Source: a virus (taxonomy: Duplodnaviria > Heunggongvirae > Uroviricota > Caudoviricetes). From it: DNA of 40,155 bases. A program made the translations under genes and the position numbers. The stretch's first letter is position 1; the number at the start of each line of letters is the position of its first letter. The notes beneath the pieces are model-generated. The model was not told the origin of the DNA. It searched no databases and saw only the letters and a program-made list of their open reading frames with translations. Positions 35,299 to 40,155 of this stretch are shown here, one piece after another. Where the stretch lies: IMG/VR virus record IMGVR_UViG_2541047888_000009; one strand, given 5' to 3'.

Positions 35299-35604
35299 GT
35301 GGGTATGAACGTTAATCAGCAGAAAAATCTTCAAAAAATCATGCTGGCATTCGACAAGGACTACCGCCTGTCAGAACAGCTATATGACCGACAAGTTGAA
35401 CTGATCGATAGCATCCGGCTTCATCAACTGGCCTCAACTTTTGACGCTGTAACAGGCAAAGGAGTTCGCCAGGAAGTACTGGAGGCTGCTAAAGACAGCC
35501 CTGAGTTCGAAGAACTGATGGATGCCTACCGGCGAGAGGCAATGGCAATTATCGCCCGCTGGGATCTGGCGGATCGGATTGATGGGCAGAGGGAAGCGGC
35601 ATGA
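35299..35604 (+). CDS. Small protein, possibly Gam-like (RecBCD inhibitor) by position and weak resemblance
   Basis: 101 aa directly upstream of the exonuclease gene; C-terminal SPEFEELMDAYRREAMAIIARW loosely resembles lambda Gam ([22 protein letters not shown]). Confidence 0.35.
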   Translation: MGMNVNQQKNLQKIMLAFDKDYRLSEQLYDRQVELIDSIRLHQLASTFDAVTGKGVRQEVLEAAKDSPEFEELMDAYRREAMAIIARWDLADRIDGQREAA

Positions 35605-36422
35605 AACCGGGAATTTATTTCGACATCAGCAATGAGGACTACCACGCCGGTGACGGCGTGAGTAAGTCGCAACTGGACATGGTTGCCAAGAATCCGGCGC
35701 TTCTTAAATGGGTTCAGGCAGCACCAGAAGACGAAGAGAAAAAGTCTGCACTGGATATGGGAACCGCATTGCACTGTCTGCTTCTGGAGCCTGGAGAGTT
35801 CGACAAACGCTTCATTGTTTCACCGAAATTCGATCGTCGGACGAAACAAGGTAAAGCTGACGAAGAGGCATTTCTTCGTGATGTGGCGGATATGGGGATT
35901 ACGGTACTTGATGCCGAGCAGTGGCGGAAACTGGAGCTGATGCGTGATAGCGCAATGGCTCACCCGGCGGCACGCTGGATGCTGGAAGCCCCTGGTTACT
36001 GCGAAGCATCAATGTACTGGAACGATGAAGAGACGGGGGAGTTGTGCCGAATTCGTCCAGACAAATGGCTGAACGAGCACAACGTGATCGTCGACGTGAA
36101 AAAGGTTGCAGATATGGACCGTTTTGCACGCCACATCGAGGAATTCCGCTACCACGTGCAGGACGCAATGTACCGCGAAGGCGCAATGAGGGTTACTGGT
36201 CAGCCGCATGGTTTTTTCTTTCTTGCCGTGAGCGAAAGCATTGATTGTGGTCGGTATCCGGTACGCGTGTTCGAGCTGGATGCGCAGGATGTCGATGCCG
36301 GGCACGCTCTGTTCCGCCGGGATCTGAATACCTATCACGAATGCCGCATCAATGATGAATGGGGCGGTGTGGAAATCATTAAACGCCCTGAGTGGGCACG
36401 CAAACAGGATATGTACATATGA
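35601..36422 (+). CDS. Recombination exonuclease (RecE/YqaJ-like PD-(D/E)xK nuclease)
   Basis: 273 aa immediately upstream of and overlapping the RecT-like gene; motif region IVDVKKVADMDRFARHIEEFRYHVQDAMY consistent with a D..E.K nuclease core. Confidence 0.6.
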   Translation: MKPGIYFDISNEDYHAGDGVSKSQLDMVAKNPALLKWVQAAPEDEEKKSALDMGTALHCLLLEPGEFDKRFIVSPKFDRRTKQGKADEEAFLRDVADMGITVLDAEQWRKLELMRDSAMAHPAARWMLEAPGYCEASMYWNDEETGELCRIRPDKWLNEHNVIVDVKKVADMDRFARHIEEFRYHVQDAMYREGAMRVTGQPHGFFFLAVSESIDCGRYPVRVFELDAQDVDAGHALFRRDLNTYHECRINDEWGGVEIIKRPEWARKQDMYI

Positions 36423-37360
36423 GCAACGACATCGCAAACATCAACGCACCAGTAGACACAGCAATCGCTGGAACTGCTGCAACTATTTTCAGCCCAGACG
36501 GCTTGAACCAACTGATGAAATTCGCCGAGGTAATGGCGCAAAGCCGCGTAACGGTACCGGCGCACCTCGCCGGGAAACCAGCTGATTGCATGGCCGTGGC
36601 AATGCAGGCTGCGCAGTGGGGAATGAACCCGTTTGCCGTGGCTCAGAAAACCCATGTTGTGAACGGCACGCTAGGTTATGAAGCCCAATTAGTAAACGCA
36701 GTTATCTCAACGATGTCGCCAACAAAAGATCGCATCAACTACGAGTGGTTCGGGCCGTGGGAACGCGTGATCGGTAAGTTTGTTGAGAAAACATCCAAAA
36801 ACGGCAATCCATATATCGCACCAGGCTGGACTCTAAAAGACGAAGAAGGCTGCGGTGTTCGCGTATGGGCAACCATGAAGGGCGAGGATCAACCTCGAGT
36901 GCTTGAGTTAATGCTGTCTCAAGCACAGGTAAGAAACTCCACACTTTGGGCCAGTGATCCGAAACAACAACTCGCATACCTTGCGACAAAACGCTGGTCT
37001 CGCCTGCACTGTCCTGACGTAATCATGGGCGTCTACACCCCAGACGAATTACAGGAAACGGCACCGCGCGTTGAGCGAGACATTACTCCGCAAACGACCA
37101 CTGCTGCGGGAATGAACAGTCTGATCAACGCTAAACCAGCGAAAAAGCCTGATGAGCAAACGCGTAAAGCGGATAGCCGTGATCCAGAAGAAATGCTGAT
37201 GGCCTTTACCAGCGCAGCGATGAATTACAGCACTGTCTCCGAACTGGATAAGGCTTACAAATACATTGCACAAAAACTTTCAGATGATGACGAACTGCTG
37301 GCAAAAGCCACCGACGTTTACAGCGTTCGTCGGGCAGAATTAAACGAAACATCTATGTAA
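36419..37360 (+). CDS. RecT-like single-strand annealing protein
   Basis: Start at ATG 36419 (MSNDIANI..., ATGA overlap with the exonuclease stop); C-terminal pattern W..DPKQQLAYLATKRWSRL..P resembles RecT family proteins. Confidence 0.6.
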   Translation: MSNDIANINAPVDTAIAGTAATIFSPDGLNQLMKFAEVMAQSRVTVPAHLAGKPADCMAVAMQAAQWGMNPFAVAQKTHVVNGTLGYEAQLVNAVISTMSPTKDRINYEWFGPWERVIGKFVEKTSKNGNPYIAPGWTLKDEEGCGVRVWATMKGEDQPRVLELMLSQAQVRNSTLWASDPKQQLAYLATKRWSRLHCPDVIMGVYTPDELQETAPRVERDITPQTTTAAGMNSLINAKPAKKPDEQTRKADSRDPEEMLMAFTSAAMNYSTVSELDKAYKYIAQKLSDDDELLAKATDVYSVRRAELNETSM

Positions 37361-37409
37361 CCACCACCGCGGCGCCACGCGCGCCGCACTGCAACCAAGA
37401 GAGGTATTT

Positions 37410-37658
37410 ATGAAAGGTGCATTAGGTAAGAAGGAACTCCTGGCGGTGGTGCCACTGTCATGGAGCACTATCGACCGTATGGAGCGCGCAGGGGAATTTC
37501 CTAAACGCTGGTATATCACCGATAAACGCTGCGCATGGAACCGTGATGAAGTTGAGCGTTGGCTTGATGAACGTCAGGCAGCAAGCCCGGCAGAGTTCCA
37601 GGGTAAAAAACCTCCTGTTCAGCAACGTGTATATCGTCCTGTGAGCAACGCTGCATGA
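37410..37658 (+). CDS. AlpA-family excisionase / transcriptional regulator
   Basis: 82 aa; LLAVVPLSWSTIDRMERAGEFPKRWYITDKRCAWNRDEVERWLDE matches the AlpA/Xis-type MerR-like HTH usually paired with P4-type integrases. Confidence 0.7.
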   Translation: MKGALGKKELLAVVPLSWSTIDRMERAGEFPKRWYITDKRCAWNRDEVERWLDERQAASPAEFQGKKPPVQQRVYRPVSNAA

Positions 37659-37767
37659 GTGCGCTGCTAAGGCACTGGAGCAAATGGTCAGGATGGTACT
37701 TATTCCTGGCCTCTGTTTCAGCATGGCTTTATCTGCTGGCATTAATTTTCAGAGAGGGTTGGATTAA

Positions 37768-38067
37768 GTGAGAAAGTTAAGCCGACTTGAAAAATATCAC
37801 ATGAACAAGGTTTCAATGCGCAGCCATTCAAAGGTTGTTGCCGTTACTCCTGCGGCGATAGAGATCGAAAAACGCGCGATTGAAAGAGAGAAAAAAGGGC
37901 AGTTCCGCATTGCCGCCCACCTTTGGCTTCAGTGTATGGATGTTGCTTCTGGTGATGTTGAGCGTGCAAGGATCGCGGTTCGCAGGGACCAATGTATCAC
38001 AAAAGGTAACGGCCTTCGCCGTGGCGACTATAGCGGCATAGGATGTTGTGGGGTGGTTTATGACTAA
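37768..38067 (+). CDS. Hypothetical small protein (possible regulator)
   Basis: 99-aa ORF overlapping the methyltransferase start; start codon ambiguous; no motif recognised. Confidence 0.4.
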   Translation: MRKLSRLEKYHMNKVSMRSHSKVVAVTPAAIEIEKRAIEREKKGQFRIAAHLWLQCMDVASGDVERARIAVRRDQCITKGNGLRRGDYSGIGCCGVVYD

Positions 38068-38710
38068 GAAATACACACTAATCTATGCAGATCCACCCTG
38101 GGTATACCGGGACAAAGCCGCAGATGGTAATCGCGGTGCCGGTTTTAAATATCCGGTTATGAGTGTGCTGGATATCTGCCGCCTTCCTGTGTGGGATTTG
38201 GCCGGTGAAAACTGTCTGTTGGCCATGTGGTGGGTGCCAACACAACCACTCGAAGCACTAAAAGTTGTTGAAGCCTGGGGATTCCGTCTGATGACCATGA
38301 AGGGCTTCACGTGGATAAAATGTGGTAGTCGACAACCAGATAAACTTGTTATGGGTATGGGACACATGACTCGCGCCAATAGTGAAGATTGCCTGTTTGC
38401 GGTAAAGGGAAAACTACCTACGCGCATTAATGCAGGGATCGTTCAGTCATTTACCGCACCGCGGCTTGAGCATTCAAGAAAGCCAGATATCGTTCGTGAA
38501 AAACTTGTGCAATTATTAGGCGATGTTTCTCGCATTGAACTGTTCGCCCGCCAGACGTCTCATGGCTTCGATGTTTGGGGTAATCAGTGCGAAGACCCGG
38601 CAGTGCAACTACACCCTGGATACGCGTTGGATATTGGCGGATTAACAAATGCATTCAGCAATGCTCCGCTGTCACCAACAGACAACCAGGGGCGGGAGCG
38701 TGCAGCATGA
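38060..38710 (+). CDS. DNA N6-adenine methyltransferase, MT-A70 family
   Basis: Start at ATG 38060 (MTKKYTLIYADPPW...); catalytic DPPW motif in an MT-A70-like context. Confidence 0.8.
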   Translation: MTKKYTLIYADPPWVYRDKAADGNRGAGFKYPVMSVLDICRLPVWDLAGENCLLAMWWVPTQPLEALKVVEAWGFRLMTMKGFTWIKCGSRQPDKLVMGMGHMTRANSEDCLFAVKGKLPTRINAGIVQSFTAPRLEHSRKPDIVREKLVQLLGDVSRIELFARQTSHGFDVWGNQCEDPAVQLHPGYALDIGGLTNAFSNAPLSPTDNQGRERAA

Positions 38711-38901
38711 ACAGGGCATCACCAGCAGATTTAAGGAAATGCCTTGAAACTGCAAACATGCTTGCACACAGCGGGATCAGGTTTGTTCCAATTCCCGCTG
38801 TCACTGATGCTGAATTTGCAACGCTGTCAGCAATATTCGCAGACAAAATTGAATCACTGGCAGCAGAAGCCGAGATGGAAGAAAATCAGCAGAACTATTA
38901 A
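38707..38901 (+). CDS. Small hypothetical protein (64 aa)
   Basis: ATG overlapping the methyltransferase stop (ATGA); ends 4 bp before the convergent integrase stop. Confidence 0.4.
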   Translation: MNRASPADLRKCLETANMLAHSGIRFVPIPAVTDAEFATLSAIFADKIESLAAEAEMEENQQNY

Positions 38902-38904
38902 ACG

Positions 38905-40155
38905 TTATTCTCCCGCCATCCACTTCTCAAACTTCGACGGGGAGAACGGAATCAGATCCGTATGCTCCCCGTCAATCCAGGAATCAATCATATCGGCCCA
39001 CTGCTGCAACATGTAGGCGCGCTGTCTGGCGTATTCCGCTTTGTTATATACGGCGCGCACACCTTTCTGCTCATGTGCCAGAGCCTTTTCAATCCAGTCT
39101 GAAGGATAACCAGCCTCATGCAACAACGTACTGGCTGTACGGCGCATATCATGTACGGTGAAGTCCTGAATATGCTCACCATCTTCATTTATTATTTTCA
39201 CCGTTCTGTCGATCAGAGAGTTCAGCGCGGCATTAGATAATGGCTTCCGGAAATTGTAACGCCCAGGAACAAGATATTCACTTCCACCAGCGCACATCTG
39301 CAACCCAACCAATATATCCTGTGCCTGTTTAGGCAGGTAAATAACGTGCGCCCGGCTTCCCTTCATGCGGTATGAAGGAATTGTCCATGTCCATTTTTTA
39401 AAATCTATTTCATCCCACGTTGCATTGGTGAATTCGCCTTTACGAACCATAGTGATAAGCACCAGCTTTAAAGCCATTTTCATAGTGCCCATAGCACCAA
39501 TGGCATCCAGCGTGCGGAAGAACAGGCCAATTTCTTCTGGTGTCAGTGTTCGCTCTCGTGGTTTAAATATGGCGATAGACGAAGGTTTAATGTCAGCCGC
39601 AGGATTAAACAAACCATGACCACGGTCATTGGCGTGACGGTATACGCTGCTGATGATCTCCCTGGCCTGTACTGCTGTTGCCCGACCACCACGTTCGACA
39701 ATCCGGTCACACAAATCACGAACCATCGATGTGGTAATTTCAGCCATCATTTTGTTGCCAAGAACCGGAAGTATGTCACGGTCGATCACCGCCTGCTTCA
39801 TTGCGCGGGTACTGTCAGCCAGGATGACGTGTTTCATATAACTGTCGGTATGTACCGCAAACGTCTCGGCACCACGAATCTTTTTGATACCGTCACGTTT
39901 AGCCGCAGCCGGTGACTGGCCTGCTTTAAGCAGCTTCTTTGCAGCAATCAGTTCTTCTCGCGCTTCTGCCAGGCTGATACCGTCACGCCCATACTGCCCG
40001 ATTACCAGTGTTTCGCGGCGACCGTTGATACGGTAGTCATAGCGAAACGAGACCGTGCCTGACGTAAGCACAGCTACATACAGCCCGTCACGATCGGAGA
40101 CCTTGTACAGTTTGTCCTGCGGCTTGAGGTTTTTTAATTTTGTATCGGTAAGCAC
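38905..40155 (-). CDS. int: Tyrosine integrase, P4-type; N-terminus at or beyond the window edge
   Basis: N-terminal LTDTKLKNLKPQDKLYKVSDRDGLYVAV and C-terminal HDMRRTASTLLHEAGYPSDWIEKALAHE with RAVYNKAEY (catalytic Tyr region); the first codon in the window is GTG at 40153..40155, so the true start may lie outside. Confidence 0.85.
   Translation of the reverse strand: MLTDTKLKNLKPQDKLYKVSDRDGLYVAVLTSGTVSFRYDYRINGRRETLVIGQYGRDGISLAEAREELIAAKKLLKAGQSPAAAKRDGIKKIRGAETFAVHTDSYMKHVILADSTRAMKQAVIDRDILPVLGNKMMAEITTSMVRDLCDRIVERGGRATAVQAREIISSVYRHANDRGHGLFNPAADIKPSSIAIFKPRERTLTPEEIGLFFRTLDAIGAMGTMKMALKLVLITMVRKGEFTNATWDEIDFKKWTWTIPSYRMKGSRAHVIYLPKQAQDILVGLQMCAGGSEYLVPGRYNFRKPLSNAALNSLIDRTVKIINEDGEHIQDFTVHDMRRTASTLLHEAGYPSDWIEKALAHEQKGVRAVYNKAEYARQRAYMLQQWADMIDSWIDGEHTDLIPFSPSKFEKWMAGE

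Larger units (their letters stand above)
1150..40155. mobile_element. Prophage, temperate podovirus-like with lambdoid early region; ends not resolvable inside the window
   Basis: Contiguous integrase, immunity, O/P replication, terminase, portal, capsid, tail, tailspike and lysis modules. The integrase runs off the right edge; the left end lies somewhere between 1073 and 1267. Confidence 0.8.

Noticed and set aside
1-40155. CRISPR arrays, insertion sequences, transposases, rRNA genes
   Set aside because: No repeat-spacer arrays, no terminal inverted repeats flanking a transposase-like ORF and no rRNA-like sequence were seen.

Overview
The window is almost entirely one ~39-kb temperate phage genome (a prophage) from an enterobacterial-type host, read by eye with no database searches; all family names are from recalled motifs. 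Layout, right to left: a P4-type tyrosine integrase (38905..40155, minus, running off the window edge); a rightward-transcribed early-left operon (34105..38901) with a RecE/RecT-like recombination pair, an AlpA-like excisionase and an MT-A70 adenine methyltransferase; a lambda-like immunity region (32900..34100) with a tandem-HTH repressor, a divergent Cro-like gene and a reiterated 15-bp operator palindrome TTACC-N5-GGTAA; lambda O/P-like replication genes with iteron repeats inside the O-like gene; a nin/Ea22-like region; then small and large terminase, portal, scaffold, major capsid, T7 gp11/gp12-like tail tubular proteins, five internal virion proteins, a 924-aa tailspike and a holin / GH19 endolysin / Rz-Rz1 lysis cassette (1268..3080). 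So this is a mosaic: lambdoid regulation and replication joined to a T7-like or epsilon15-like podovirus virion module. Opposite-strand insertions (morons) carry a tRNA-Arg(UCU) plus a gp49-like gene, and a LexA-box-controlled small gene. The most interesting leads are: (i) the repressor has no recognisable autocleavage domain while a perfect LexA box sits in front of a small moron gene, suggesting an SOS-controlled antirepressor; (ii) the operator palindrome also occurs at moron and internal promoters; (iii) an unexplained 12-bp perfect palindrome GTGACATGTCAC occurs three times; (iv) three tandem, translationally coupled small basic ORFs. Positions 1..1072 (a lipoprotein and a frameshifted secreted protein) may be host flank or terminal morons; no att site can be defined inside the window.
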